Origin: Anthoceros angustus
Taxonomy: Eukaryota > Plantae > Anthocerotophyta
DNA length: 64,000 nt
Assembly (NCBI GenBank): GCA_010909165.1
Contig: MU008160.1
Location: 682,001-746,000, forward strand
Reading direction: 5' to 3'
The translations under genes were made by a program, and so were the position numbers. This document shows, in pieces, positions 24,496-39,792 of the stretch; the stretch's first letter is position 1; the number at the start of each line of letters is the position of its first letter. The notes beneath the pieces were generated by a model. It searched no databases, was not told where the DNA came from, and saw nothing but the letters and a program-made list of their open reading frames with translations.

Positions 24496-27400
24496 ACACC
24501 CCCTCTTCCTCTTCCTCCGTCATTTGCTGGCCATTTGTTTTTCCTGCATATGATGTTCTAGGAACAGTTGGTAACTTTAGGTAAGGAGCTTAGTTGCTCT
24601 TTTTCACCTTGATCCCCGAGGTCCACCTTCATTGTCCCATGCATGATGGGTTTTTCCCCATCGTTTTTTGCCTCAATAAAACACAATATGCTTATATGCA
24701 ATTTACATATACTGCTCTAATACCATAACAAATTATAGGCACTATGTAGATCAATTAAATAGGTTAATGAATAATTACATTGTATGTGTTTATCAAGAAA
24801 ACAAGTTAAGTTATTATGAAGTGAAAAGACAACTTAAGCAAAAACCAAAAGGTAAGTCTATTCACTATCTAGGGACACAACCCTAATGAACGGGTACAAC
24901 TATTCAATTATAGCTACCCTATCATATCGCATAGCCTATGATTATTATCCTTATGCCGTAAATGGTCAACATATCCATTACTCCACTTCAACAAGGGTCA
25001 CACCCCTTGGTGTAAGGGTATTTAAGCCTGTTGAAACCCTAGTGGACTAGGTTACTGTAACCACGTCACTTGGGATAGATACATAGCTTATGTTAAGGGT
25101 TATTTAAGTATAACCGTAACCCTGGAATGAATAGACACGTACTTACACAATTTTGTATATGAGACGCTTTGCTATTATTGTTAATCATTCTGCTTTGCAT
25201 ATGCTTTAGTAGCTTCAGCCTCTATCGCACGCTCAACACAAATTGTCATGGTATCAGAGCTTCTTAGTTTCTAATCCTACTAGTCTATGCTACATTTTTT
25301 TTTGTTGTAGATGCCAGTGGTGAGACCTATAACTGGGCTCAGGACTCAGTAGGCATCATCTTTGATAGCCCTTGGATTCTGTGCCCAGCAAGGTCTCGCC
25401 ACCTGCATTACAAAATTAGACTTTCATCAACCAACAAGGAAACTACACTGATTCCGCTGCGCAAAACTGGCCACTTGGTCTAAGAACCTTTGAAGATGCC
25501 GAGGCAACATCCTGGTTGGCAATCACGCTCTAGGAATCAGACCTCAAGGCAGGCTAACCTCCTCCATCAATTTGCAGATCAGCGCCCTGTGGCTTCGTGA
25601 CTCCCTTCCCTACAATTTGGAGCGCGTCAAGGGAGATTTCAGCCACAAATCAGATCTTCTTCAGCAAGATTCTGCACCATGCAGCAGACCCAATTCCTTG
25701 AGCGTCACCGCAATTTGCACGCAAGACAGGATCAACTCACCTCAGTAGATGACTGCGTCATAATCAAATTGAGAGATTTACAAGATCTGAGGATGTGCGT
25801 GGAGATTGAACACCACTATCTTCACCTGATCACAATGCTGGAGTGATCTTGCTTGATTCGAGAGGTGTCTCTGCAGACCATGCCTCGCGCGCCACGCGCC
25901 AGGCTCAGGTCTCAACCGCTGTGAGCGCTCAGGCGCCTCTTCCCTTGCAGGGCCACGTCTGTGAGGGAGATCGCGAGGAGGCACATCAGCTGACGCCTTC
26001 ATAGCAGGTGATAGGAGGCCCTATTTCGTTTTCAGCAGAAGGAGGGCACAAATTTAGTTAATTTTGGAAGGGAGGCCGCAAGCGGCACCAAGCTCATCTG
26101 AAGCGACATCGAGCGCAAGTCACTTACTAGGCTCCCGTTCCCCTTTCTCTTCTAATTGTCTTTTCAATCATGGCCTCGTCCGCGCCCCCACCTCCGCCAC
26201 CACCACCTTATTCCCAACCCACATATGTGGTGGACTTCAAGGAGAAGGACCGCTTCAACGGCAGTAAGTATGAGGTGGAGCGGCGGAAGACACCCCTCTT
26301 CCTCTTCCTCCGTCATTTCTGGCCATTTGTTTTTCACATATGATGTTCTAGGAACGATTGGTAACTTTAGGTAAGGAGCTTAGTTGCTCTTTTCACCTTG
26401 ATCCGAGGTCCACCTTCATTGTCCCATGCATGATGGGTTTTTCCCCATCGTTTTGCCTCAATAAAACACAATATGCTTATATGCAATTTACATATCTTGC
26501 TCTAATACCATAACAAATTATAGGCACTATGTAGATCAATTAAATAGGTTAATGAATAATTACATTGTATGTGTTTATCAAGAAAAACAAGTTAAGTTAT
26601 TATGAGTGAAAAGACAACTTAAGCAAAACCAAAAGGTAAGTCTATTCACTATCTAGGGACACAACCTAATGACGGGTACAACTATTCAATTAGCTACCCT
26701 ATCATATCGCATAGCCTATGATTATTATCCTTATCCGTAAATGGTCAACATATCCATTACTCCACTTCAACAAGGTCACACCCTTGGTGTAAAGGTATTT
26801 AATTGAAACCCTAGTGGACTAGGTTCACGTAACCACGTCACTTGGGATAGATACATAGCTTATGTTAAGGGTTATTTAAGTATAAAGTAACCACGGAATG
26901 AATAGACACGTACTTACACAATTTTGTATATGAGGCCTTTGCTATTATTGTTAATCATTACGCTTTGCATATGCTTTAGTAGCTTGACCTCTATCGCAAC
27001 ACAAATTGTCATGGTATCGAGGCTTCTTAGTTTCTAATCCTACTAGTCTATGCTACATTTTTTTTTGTTGTAGATGCCAGTGGTGAGACCTATAACTGGG
27101 CTCAGGACTCAGTAGGCATCATCTTTGATAGCCCTTGGATTCTGTGCCCGGCAAGGTCTAGCCACACATTACAAAATTAGACTTTCATCAACCAACAGGA
27201 AACTACTGATTCACTGTAAAAGCGCCACTTGGTCTAAGAACCTTTGAAGATGCCGAGGCAACATCCTGGTTGGCAATCACGCTCTAGGAATCAGACCTCA
27301 AGGCAGGCTAACCTCCTCCATCAATTTTCGGTCGGTACAGCCAGCCGTGACTCCTTCCCTACAATTTGGAGCGCGTCAAGGGAGATTTCAGCCACAAATC

Positions 27401-28015
27401 AGATCTTCTTCAGCAAGATTCTGCACCATGCAGCAGACCCAATTCCTTGAGCGTCACACGCAATTTGCATAAGCAGATCAACTCACCTCATTGATGGGCG
27501 TCATAATCAAATTGAGAGATTTACAAGATCACGAGGATGTGCGTGGAGATTGAACACCACTATCTTCACCTGATCACAATGCTGGAGTGATCTTGCTTGA
27601 TTCGAGAGGTGTCTCTGCAGACCATGCCTCGCGCGCGGGCTCAGTCTCAACTGGCGCCCGGGCGCCTCTTCCCTGCGAGCCACGTGCGAGGGAGATCGCG
27701 AGGAGGCACATCAGTCGCTTGGCGACGCCTCTTCATAGCAGGTGATAGGAGGCCCTATTTCGTTTTCAGCAGAAGGAGGGCACAAATTTAGTTAATTTTG
27801 GAAGGGAGGCCGCAAGCGGCACCAAGCTCATCTGAAGCGACATCGAGCGCAAGTCACTTACTAGGCTCCCGTTCCCCTTTCTCTTCTAATTGTCTTTTCA
27901 ATCATGGCTTGTCCGCCCCCACCTCGCCACCACCACCTTATTCCCAACCCACATATATGGTGGACTTCAAGGAGAAGGACCGCTTCAAGCGGCAACAAGT
28001 ATGAGGTGGGCGTGC
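24493..28015. repeat. Tandem duplication ~1.8 kb (24493-26286 / 26287-28015) including the Copia-B 5' LTR and gag start
   Basis: aagacaccc at 24493 and 26287; second copy has many 1-3 bp deletions. Confidence 0.88.
25029..25248 (+). repeat. Copia-B 5' LTR (degraded duplicate at ~26803-27011)
   Basis: tgttgaaacc...aattgtca followed by a tRNA-iMet PBS. Confidence 0.92.
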
Positions 28016-30214
28016 GGATGCTTTCACCCCAAAAGCCGCACGTCGGAGCGTCAGTGTTTGGATCCTACAAGCGCCAATTTCCGCGTCAACTCGAGAAAAA
28101 AATGGAACAACGCTATGATGTGGCTCGTGCTTTCATGGCCTAGATGAAGTGTTGGTTCCGGATGTGGCCTACTTGACCAAAGCAGGAAATTTGGACCCAA
28201 CATGCACCTCTGTGAAAACATTCTTACCTTGTGTGCTGTGAGAGGGGAGCTATTTTCTTTGCGGATGCGTGAAGGTGAGAAAGCTGCAGTCTTCGTCGGG
28301 AGATTCCGACAACTCAAAGCTCAACTTATCTCACTTGGCTCGACTATGAGTGAACTGGATGTAGTTGCTCAGCTCCTAGCCAGCTTGCCCCCCAAGCTAC
28401 CAACCTTTTGTTTCCAGTTACGGGATTCTCTTCGAGATGTTGGAGTTGCAGTAGCTGCAGGACAATCAACTACAATAAGCTTCATGGACGTGGTAAGCGC
28501 CTTGTTCCAGGAAGAATAGAGTCGAGCTAGTCCTTCTCATCATGGATCTGGGCACACAGAAACAGATAAGGTTCTGTTTACATCAAAAGGAAACAACAGA
28601 GTCGGAACAAGAACACCCCTGGCAGTGGACCTTCCAAGCAAATGCAGCCCAAGCGATCTGGCACTTGCAACTAGTGCGGACTGCAGGGGCATTGGGAAAG
28701 GGAATGCCAGAAGAAGAAATCTGGTGAGCCACGGAACGCCGAGAAGACCTCCAGACAGGTTGAGGCTAACTCCGTCACCAAGGAGCGAGCAACTTCCAAA
28801 GAAGCGGCCGTGGTAATGTGATGTCTCTCCACATCTTCCCATGCCCTTGACAGCTGGTACCTTGATTCGGGAGCCACGTCCCACATTTGCAACGACAAGT
28901 CATTGATGAGCAACTTCATACCTTCCAAGAGTACACCTGAAAGAGTGCTGATAGGTGATGAACATTCTCATACTGGCTTGAAGATTCATGGCACAGGTAC
29001 ATGTTCTTTCCAACTGGCTGATGGTATAATGCTCCAACTCGTCCATGTGCTGTACGTCCCTGCAATGGCCAAGCATTTGGTATCAATTAGCCAACTTATG
29101 CGTTTGCGACATTTTGATCTGCTCTTTACTTCAACCGGCTGTGTACTCACCATAGAAGGTTCTCCTACACGGGTTGTGGCAAAGGGGGTGCACTCTCATG
29201 ACCTATACAGATTGAACTTGGTCTGTCAACTACCTCCAAGCTTGCACATGGCTCAGCATCCACAGAATGTTCAAGCACAACTTTGGCATGCCAGGCTTGG
29301 CCATGCAAACAAGGACAAACTGGTAAAGATGTCCATGACGGACTGCTACAGGGAGCCCTTGCCCAAGTGTTTTAAGGACTTGCCTCTGTGTGATGCATGC
29401 GTAGTTGCTAAACAGAAGGAGTTACCTTTCCCAACCGCGCCAGCCTTCAGGACTTCTAATATTCTTGACCTAGTGCATGCTAACATCTCTGGAAAGATCC
29501 ATGTAGCCTCCTTGGGTGGTGCTCTATATTATTTGACCATTACAGATGATTACAACAGATACTCTTGGACATTTCCAATGAATAAGTTTGAGACTTTTCT
29601 CCTGTTTCAAGAGTGGCTCACAATGATCCAGCGTGAAACAAGTCGTCTCCTTAAGTGCCTGCGCTCGGACAATGGCACAGAATTCGTCAATGGCTTCTTT
29701 GACAACCTCCTGGCCACACAAGGCATTGTCAGGCAGCTGAGTGTTCCTTACACTCCACAACAAAATGGAGTAGCAGAGCGACAAAATCAAACCTTACTTG
29801 GAATGACGCGGAGCATGTTGGAATGGTCAGGCTTGAGCAAGAGTTACTGGGCCGAGGCAGTCGTCACAGCCACCTATATTCTGAATCGTCTCCTTACAAG
29901 TGCCATACCTGGTCGGACCCCCTATGAAGTTCTCTGGGGGAGGAAACCCAGTATTAAGCACCTCAGAGTTTTTCGGTCCCCTGCATACACACATGTAACC
30001 TCTGAGCTGCGAAAGAAGTTACAAGACAGAGCTAAGCCAATGGTCTTTGTCGGATACGGGGAAGAAGCCAAAGCTTATAAGCTTTATGACCCCTTGTCAC
30101 ATTGCTCAGTTCTTGCTCGTAGCGTGTCTTTTAAGGAATATTCCCAGCCTGCTAGTGTCGCGTCCTCCTCCCACCTGGCCCCCTCTGCAGCTGTGGACTG
30201 TGGACTCTTCCCTT
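27904..30214 (+). pseudogene. Copia-B gag-protease-integrase
   Basis: VDFKEKDRF gag start, WYLDSGATSHIC protease, LWHARLGH, CDACVVAKQ, LRSDNGTEF, PQQNGVAER (ORF 28903..30321). Confidence 0.9.
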
Positions 30215-33200
30215 TGGTAGGTAATAAGCTAGGTTTTGTTTTTTTCGTAAGTGTGGAGTGGAAAATCAGGCGAAAAGGGAGAAATAAGGTCCGAGTAACT
30301 CCAGACTACACTCCGGAGTAGAGATCGGACCGCCTTTTCCCGGAGCTGACTACGGGACGACACTTTGAGCGGATACAGCCCGCCCGAGTACATCATGTAG
30401 TCCGGACTACACTCCGGAGTAAGTTGTGATAAGTACACCAAGGAAAGTAACTTGGGAGCGGGAAGGCGTATTTTTGGCGAGGAGGCCACGTGGGCGGTGC
30501 GTGGTGACAGCATCACGGACAGACCGTGAGGGGTTGCAGTGGCGTTATAAGGCGGTATTCACGCCCGAGTGGCGCTAGCGTATGGCTACAAGACGCGTTG
30601 GCGGTACCAGACAGAATGCTGGTTGTAGTACCGTAAGCAGGCTAGAAGTCTGTAGTAAGGCTAGAGTAAGCTCATAGGCCTCGGCAGATTCACGGCAACA
30701 AGGATGCCCATCCGCTTTACTCTCGACGCCGCCACCCTGAGCGAAGGTCATTCTTTCGAGCAACCCCCCGACGATTTTCGCAGTCTCTCACGCTTAGGCA
30801 CCCCGCTCTCTGTCGTTGTCTCTTCAAGCGCCCGAGCGTCCTTGCGAGTAGCTTGCCTTTGCGACCGGAGCGACCGACGCAGCGACGGGAGAACGGAGAC
30901 TTGCGGAGCCTCAACCCTCAGCAGCAGAACAAGAGGAGCACAGCAATGGGGCCCAAGAAGGCGGTGGAAGTGTGGGAGCCCTGGCGCTTGGTGGAACGAA
31001 ACATCATCACCAAACGCTATCCTGATTTTGGACCTTGGCTAGACAGAGGAGTTGGTAGAAGGCCTGATATCTTCCTTTGTGCCGGACCTTCGATAGCGTC
31101 GCTCTGGTCCGAGAATACACTCGGAAAATGTTGGCGGTAGTCAACAAGGAGGTCCGCTCCAAGAGTCTGAGGGAGGACCTCAGGAGGTGGACCGTGGAGG
31201 TCCCGAGGCGCTTATCGCCCAAGAAATTGGGGCGAGTCCCGAGCCCTTAAGGTGAGGGGAAGGTGGGCGGCGGCGCCTGAGGGGACGCAGCCGTCCTCAA
31301 CGGTCATGGTTGGACCGACCGGATAAAGGGTGAGGGCGGTGGCGAAGATCATCGTCCACTGGAACATGCTCACCAAGGTGGACCACCTTGGTGACAACTT
31401 ACTGGTATTCCTCCATGCCCTGCAGAGAGGGAAGAGGGCCGACTGGGGAAGGATTATCTTCGCCCGGATCAACCAGGAGGCCAGGAAGCTGCGAAGTGAG
31501 AAGCCGCCTCCATTGGCGTTATCGCCATTCCTCATCCATGTATGGGGGCACCTCAACCTCCTAAAGGAGGGGGAGGAGGAGCGGGCGCTCCGGAAGGGTC
31601 TGGCGGCCCTGCCTGAGGCGGAGCGCGAAGGGAGAGCGCCGGAGGCGGAGGCCCGTCCTTCCAGGCCAAGCGGGTCCGGGAGGAAGATGACTGGGAGGGG
31701 ATTCCGGACTCCATAGGTCTGGAATGGACCCCCTCGCCACGCCGGGAAGTGTGGGAGGATATTCCCACCTCCCTCCTTTTAGTTCCTTCAACGGAGCACT
31801 CTGCACAAGAGGAGGCGCAGAAGGAGGGGCGTCGCGACGCCAGCCAATCAGCCCACCGCTGCCCCAGCCAGAACCCCACGAGGCGGGTGGCCAAGAGATT
31901 AAGACGGCCCCCACCGGCCCTAGGACCGCACCGGTCCCCTTGCCCCTGCCTATGGAGTGGCAGGAAGGCGGAGGAGGCCGTAAGAAGGGCAGAGCGAGAT
32001 GCTGCCCAAGGAGGAGGCCGCCTGCGCAACCACACCAGCCGCCCCCCCCCAACCGGGAGAGGTAAGAGGGCTAGCTCCAGAACCCCCTCACCACCTCCAA
32101 GCCCCAAGAGAAGACGGGCTGAGAAGGAGTTAGCGGCCAAGAGGGCCAAGGAGGTGGAAGGTGCGGACTAGAACACTCGTGGCCGAGGGTCCTGGATTAG
32201 GGTCCGAGATCCCCCGGCCTCCGGATCATTATATGGCGCCCCAACGGACCGGAAGATGCTCGCGCCCACGACGGACTTCCTGGGTGCCTCTCAGCCGTCA
32301 GAGAGGAAACACGGCAGGCTGCAATCCATGGATTTCAGAGTGCTCGGGGTCTCATGAATGGCAAAGAAGACCTGTGAAGTGGAGGCCACCAGGAGACGGA
32401 TGGTGCTGCTCCAGGTTGGGTGGAGGCGGCCCCAGCCCGTGAAGAAGGCGGAGTCCTCGAGAATCGAGGAGAGGCGCAAAAGTGAGAGGGAGGCAAGGTC
32501 CGTTCAACAAGATCGGACCAAGATCCTTCAACTGTGCGAACAGCAAGCACAGGAGGGCCAAGCAAAGGCGGAGGACCTTTGCAAACGGAGGGAAGTGGCC
32601 CAAGAGGAGGCCGAGGAAGCCCGGAGGCAAGCAGAACGGGCTAGGGACCTGGCTAAAACGGCTCGGCAGGAGCAACACCAAATCTGGGAGGCTCAGGTGA
32701 AGGAGGCGCGGAGGCCGGCCATGCAAAAATAGGCAGGGATCACTACCGGGATCGGGCCGGTGGAGGGAGGCAGGGGGAGCAGCGCGGCCAACTTGAAGGC
32801 CGAACAACCAAGCAGCACGGACAAGCCGTGCGAGAGGAGAGGGAGGCCAAAGAACCGAGATGGAGGATCTTGGCCGCAGTGCAAAGGGCCAGGAGGAGGC
32901 GGTGGCGGAGATGGAAGACCATGAGGAGACTTTGGAGCTGCAGCTCCAAGTGACCGTGGAGTGAAACGGGGACCTCCAAGGAAGAATTGAAGACCACGAA
33001 CGGGAGATAGAGCGGCTCGGCAGCCATGGAGTCGAAGGAGTTCTGTGAAACAAGGAGCAGGACGTCGCCGAGATGGAGAAAGACTTGGATGAAGCAATGA
33101 GCTGGGCGGAGCTGCCGGACCACCTAGGAAGGGAGATGGCGGAGCTTCAAGCAAGGATGAATGGTGGGGAGAGTGATGAAATAGCTCTAGCTTAGGGCAC

Positions 33201-34357
33201 TATTCATTAGGGCCTAATTACTCAAACATTATTTAGGAGCTAGGGCTTTAGGTAGTTAGTTGTTATGTTAGTTACAACAACTTATAGTTGCAACAACTTA
33301 TGGTTGCAACTTATGGTTACAACAACATATTGTTGTAACCACCCAACCACCTATTTAAAGGCTTGTACTTTACTCATTAATCAATTCATTCCATTGTTTC
33401 TCTTCTATCTAAGAGCTATTGATTCTCATCATGGTATCGAGCATTTAGCTCTTTGTGCTTGAGCACCTCGCTTCCTTATGCTCTAGGCAATTTACTCTCC
33501 AATGCTTTTGCGTTTGTAGTACTTCAAATGAAGATAATGCAGCGTGGAGATTTCGCCTTAGCGAATCATCCGACCACACAATGATGCACATTGTGCATCA
33601 ATTTCTTCTGCTCTTCATGGATTCCTTTAATCCAAGCAGACAAGAATTTAGGAAGGAAGATCAAGGCTTCAAAGAAGAAGAAACAACATCAAATCAAATC
33701 TTCTTACATTCGGAGGAGTTTGACCTCAATTCTCCTCAGTTGATGTTTTAGAGGCACAAGTATGTTGTCTCATTGAAGCCCTTTGTCTAAGTCGGAGATA
33801 GAGTACAAGATATCATTTATGCTCGTAAAGCTCTCCTTTCTACATTTAGCCTTTATCAATATAGTGCTATAGAGTCGCCATCTCTAAGTACATAAAAATA
33901 AGGCTAGTATCTTCGCTCCTAATCCGGATCATCAGCAATCTCTTGATTCCATTAGAGCGTAACTTAGAATAAATCACTCTATCAATGAGAAATTGACTTA
34001 CAATACACAACAAATCAATATTATCAGATAGACTTGTTGACCGAGACCTTTCACAAGGTCTCTTCTCACTTGATTGTAAGTCTGCAGATTCGATGATGAT
34101 CGAAATTCATAATTTGAAGAAATGTTGTGCACCTCGCCTCTTTCCAAAACAATGCAAGAAGGCGTGTCAACCACGCATAACCCATCATTAAAATTACTTG
34201 CAATGGTGGGGTCGGACGATCTCGACGTGGATATTGATGACTTGGTAGCAGAGCAAAATTTTGCCAAAAGACCAAATGGCTTGAAGAACAACAATCTATA
34301 TGGCGAGATGAATGGGAGCAATTTAAAAGGAAGAAAAGGAGAAAGCTAAAAGCGTAA

Positions 34358-37300
34358 TGAATCCAAGCCTCAAGTGATTCAAGGTGACAACTTTAAAGAC
34401 AAAGATAGATTCAACGGCAAAATACGATGTATGGCAAAATCGTGCCCAAGGTGTCTCGTGACGCGACTTATGGAATATTGTCAGCAGTGCGGAAGAATGT
34501 TCCACTTGGGACTCGATGCTATAGATGAATGGGAAGCCAAAGATCGGAGGCACGTTTTAATGAACGGACTTACAAGCGATGGTACTCCAAGTTGCGACGC
34601 AAAACACCGCAGAGATGTGGGAGAAGTTAGCTCACTTTATGCCTCCAAAGATGGAATGAGCTTATTGAGCGCCACACGTCCTTATATACTATAAGGATGA
34701 AGGCGATTCCTTACAACAACACTTGAGCAACTTCCGTATTGCAAAGAATAATTTCAATGCATCCTCAAGAAAACTTACAGAGAAACAAACTTTTATTGCT
34801 CTCCTCTTGCCGCCTCCTATAGGCCCTTTGTGACAACGCAAAATGCGGTCCTTAGAGCCAAGAAATTGGGCTCCTGGCGGATATCGCGTAAGTGAATTAA
34901 TGGAGCACTTATTGAGGAGGACGCAAGCCGTCGAAATGAAAATCCCGATCAGCCCGCCACAAGTAATGTACGGGGCGCGAGGAGGAAGAGGGGCGTGGCC
35001 GAGGGCGAAACTTCACTCCTAGACCGACTCCTACTCAAAATTTTCAAGGACATCCACTTCTTCATTTAAACCTTCAAAGGCATGAAGAAGGCTGGAGTTA
35101 CACAATTGGTGCAAGATGACCAACCATATGGAGAAGGATTGTTGGAAGAAGAAAATGGTGAGCCAAAGAAGGAGGTCACCACAGCACATGTTGCCGTTAA
35201 GAAGAAGCCCTCCGGCAACTCCATCACTCATGCGCTTGCAAGTTCCAAGCCATCAAACCAAAATTGGTATTTAGACAGTGGTGCAACATCTCATATATGT
35301 CACGACCTTAACTTTTTGAGTCGTAGCCATCAAAAGGACAACAAACAGTGCTCTAGGCGGCGACCATAACCTCACCATATTTGGTGTAGGTTCCGTGGCA
35401 TTAAAGTGCTCCACCGAGTTCTTACTCTCTCCCATGTCCTTTATGTACCCTCCATGTGCAAGAATCTAGTGTCACCGCTAGTTTATGTCAAGAACATAAC
35501 ATGCAAATTATCCTTGAAGCCGATTTGTGTCTCCTTTACTATCATACTAATAAGTATCACACAATGCCTCGGCACACTAGAAGATGGACTCTATAAACTC
35601 TCGGTCAAGTGGGTCCGTTACACCTCATCAATGTAGCCTCCCATTCCACTCTTCAAGCACCATGCTTTGGCACTGTCGTTTAGGTCATCCGAACAGCCAA
35701 AAGCTTATCCAAATGTCTAAGGGAAACCTGTATAGAACTCCCTGTATTCCTAAACTTGAACCTCTCCCCTGGTGTGAAGCTTGCGTCATAACCAAACGTC
35801 ATCAAGCTCCATTCCACAATCCATCCCCTCAGAGGGCTAGGGCACCCTTAGAGTTGGTTCACACAGACATTTGTGGTCCGATATCTGCACCTTCATTTAG
35901 TGGTTGTAGATATTTTTAACCTTCAGATGATTATTCGGTTGTCCTCACCTACATCCTCCGCCATAAGAGTCGCCTTTTCTTTCTTCAAAGAATATATGAT
36001 GTGGGCGAGAGACTCTACCAGAAGCTTAAAACTCTTCGCTCCGATAATGGAGGAGAGTTCACTTCAATGAATTTGCTGAATTTTCGAAGGTATAGCGCAA
36101 CAACTTAGTGTGGTACACACCTCAAAATGGCGTAGAAAACAAAATTTACGCCTCCGGAGATCACAGTGTTTGCTCACCCAAGCTACATTATCTAAAAGTT
36201 ATTGGTGAAGCTATATTGACATATCTCCTTAATAGGCCGACTTCCAGTCAAGGCATGACTCCATATGAAGCTTTCGGAGAAAACCTTCATTGATCATTTA
36301 CGAATCTTGGATCCCGCTTATGTGTTCATCCCCAAAGTACAACGCAAGAAGCTGGATCCCAAGGCAATAAATATACCTTTATTGGCTACAGAAGGCATTA
36401 AGGGTTACAAGTTATTTGACCCATCTACCCGAAAGCTCATTTATGCTAGGAGCGTGACCTTTCATGAATCTCATATTCTTTCTCCTATTATGGGGCATCT
36501 TACTCCCGATGCTCCTTCCTCTGCGCATCCGGAGCCTTCCACTTTTGATGACGATGATTTTGTCATCATTCATTCACTCCCTCCGCAGCAAGCTCCTATG
36601 GATGAACCTCTGTTGCAGGAGGAGGAGGAGGAGTTAGAATATATTCCAAGACGACCAACTACTCCAGATCCTGATTTAGAAGAACCTCAACATTTAACTG
36701 ATGATGAAATCGACTATGATGTTGAAATTCGTGAGGAGGATCGTATTCCTTTTGAGGATGAGCCCGTCGACGAGCAAGTGGATGAATTCGACGACGAGCC
36801 AGAACAAGAGCCTGCGTTACAGAACCACTCAACAAGTGGTCGACATTGAAGAACACATTCAACAACAACCAAGGTACAATCTTAGGACTAGACCACATTG
36901 CAGGACTGCTGGATGGAAGGAACCACCTTTGGGATATCTTGTCACTCGATGACCCCATTTCTCCTCTCACACCTTATTATCAAAAGTTTACAAAGCCACG
37001 GTTGATCCAGAGGAACCGCTAACCTTGAAACAAGCATTTTCCTCTCACGAGAAAGACACATGGAAGGTAGCGGAGATTGAGTACAACTCTTTAGTAGAAA
37101 ACTCCACATGGGAATTAGTTAAACCACCCAAAGGGAGAAAAATAGTGGGAAGTAAATGGGTCTTTAAAATCAAACGTAAGGGTGATGGTTCTATTGAGCG
37201 ATATAAGGCAAGGTGGTAGCCGAGGGTTTACCGATACCGGGTTTAGATTACATACCGGCTACCTATGCACCAGAGTTGCCTCCTCGTAATTATAATAGCC

Positions 37301-38570
37301 TTGTCCGCTCAACATGACTTACATCTTCACATGATGGACGTCAAAGCGCCTATCCATGGCCGAATCCAAGAAGAAATATACATGAGACAACTCAAGGCTA
37401 TGAAGTCAAAGGTAAAGAAGACCATGTATGCGGGCTCATTAAAGGCATTTATGGCCTTAAGCAATCAGCAAGGAATGGAATAATGATATACATGACAAGC
37501 TTACAAAATATGGTTTTGTTCAAAGCAAAGCGATGCTAGCATGTATATCCGAAGACTAAACGATACACAATTTACCTCTTACTATATGTGGATGACTTAT
37601 TTTTAGCTTCATCTTCACTCTCCCATCTAGCTGAAATTAAAGCATGGTTGAGAAGTCATTATGAAATGAGCGGACACTGGAGACCTTAGTTATGCCCTTG
37701 GCGTTAACATTATAAGAAATAGAGGTAATAAATCCATTTCCTTGGTTCAAACAAAATATATAAAAGAAAGCTTAAAGAAGTTTGGACTAGAAGATGCTAA
37801 GCCGGCACACCATTTCCAAGTGGCACAAGGCTTCAGTGATATGAGCCCTAAAACAGATGCGGAGAAAGTGTTGTACCATACGGACATCTGTTGGCACCTT
37901 AATATATTTAAGTAACTTCACAAGACCCGATATATCTTTTGAAGTTAGTGCGATCTCACAATTTTTGAGAATCGAAGACAACATTGGCAATGTGTCAAGA
38001 GAATATTCAGGTATTTAAAAGGGACTATGCACAGGATTGATGTATAAACATGTTCCCGCATATCTAAGTTACAATTAACTTATCTTGATCGAGATATCTT
38101 TGGAGATCCCGATAGCCGCAAATCAGATCCGCTATGCATTCGCTAGGAGGTGCACCCATTTCATGGTCAAGTAAGAAACAACCAACCATTGCTTTGTCGA
38201 TGCAGTCGAGTATAGGGTCCTCACCTCGTCTCCAAGGATATAGTCCGGAGTAGGTTAGCATTGAGTGAGTTGAATTATCCCCAAGATGGACCTACACCTC
38301 TCTGATGATAGCCGGGGCTATTGCCTTAGCTAGGAACCTTTTCCACTCGAACTAAACATATAGCGATCAGTATCATTACATACGGAAATGTTAGAAAATA
38401 AAACAATAGATATCAATTATATACCAACTCAAAACAACCCAGCTGACCTTTTAACCAAGTCATTAGGAAGAGATTTGCATTTAAAACACATGAAAATGTT
38501 AGGAGTACAAGAGGTTAAGCCACTAGCTAGTGGGTATTTTCCAATTTTACAATCCACAAAGTTTATCTAG
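34358..38570 (+). pseudogene. Copia-C gag-pol, frameshifted
   Basis: NFKDKDRFNG, WYLDSGATSHIC, LWHCRLGH, LELVHTDICGP, VGSKWVFKIK, YVDDL, NPADLLTKSL. Confidence 0.9.
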
Positions 38571-39133
38571 CATGTTTATTTCCTCTTCTATTTCCAAGTA
38601 ATCATCACGTACTCCTTCTCTCTCTCTAATGCCCAAAAGGACCCTACAAAACACTCCATGGGTTACTGAAGAAAATGGTGTTGAGTTAGTCATTCGGGTT
38701 AGGTCACTTACTATACAAGTGCTTGGTGTGTCCTTCGTACTCTTCACATGGATATGCACCTAACCACATCATTTTTATCCCCTTTTCTCACATACATATT
38801 CCATGGGGACTTCGTGGTCGTCCTTTCCTCCGGAAGCACCATGTATGTTGCTCGCATAGGTTTCAGTGGCAAATAGGAGTTTGGTATTTTCCTTTTGTTT
38901 TGTTATAGGTTGTAGAGGTAGGGCAAACCTCACATGGCTTGTGCCTACCCTTTCTCCACATCCGCAAAATAGATGTAGATTAGCTTATCATTAGCATAGG
39001 TTACTAGTTACTAGCCCCTAACTATAGGTTTTACACCTACTCACTTTTCTTTTCCCTAGCCCCTACTTCTCCTATGTCCGCTAGCATATGCTCTCCTGGG
39101 CTGCCCTCACACACGGCCTGGGGCCTCTCTGCT

Positions 39134-39792
39134 TTATGGAGTCCCCGACTCCTCCGACTCTTCTTCTATGTTGAAGTCGTCATACCAGACACTCAGGATA
39201 TAGCTCCCAGGCCCTCGGTAGTTGGATTATCTACATCAACAATCATTAGTATTTTTATGCAATCAAATTATTTATTGCAATTTATTTTGCATTTTATTGG
39301 CTTACCAGCCCCTCGACTTCTTTGATGACAACATCGGTTTTCGGCAGTGCTTGTACCACCAAGACGTCATCTTCTCCATCTCTCCACTGTTTTAGCCACC
39401 TCGGCACATGCTTGCGAATTCACAAGAGAAATTAGGATCTTCCATATCATTTCCTATATTACGGGGCCCGACATCGGGATCTCTTCACCCCGTGCAAGTG
39501 CATCTCTATACCACAAGATGCGCACCCGGGCGGCTTCCCGGCTCAATCTATCCTTTTCTCCACGTGCGGCAAGTTTTCTTCTCCTTCTTGCTACTCGGTT
39601 TGCTCTCTTCATTTTCTTTATGGCCTCGTCCTTTGGAGCATGTGGGGGGGCACGGGCCTTCCTCCACGAGGACTGCCACCATATCAAGCATGTTTATAGC
39701 AGATGGAAAATGGAAAATGGAAAATGGATATAGACAATGCAAATTGGATATACACATTAAAAGCAAAATGGACTCACCATTATCGGCGTCAT
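39134..39792 (-). CDS. Putative spliced antisense ORF of unknown function inside the Copia-C 3' region
   Basis: Introns 39673-39777 (GTGAGT..GGCAG) and 39231-39305 (GTAAGC..CTAAT..TGTAG); both splice at phase 0 into open frames; three frameshifts needed elsewhere. Confidence 0.5.
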
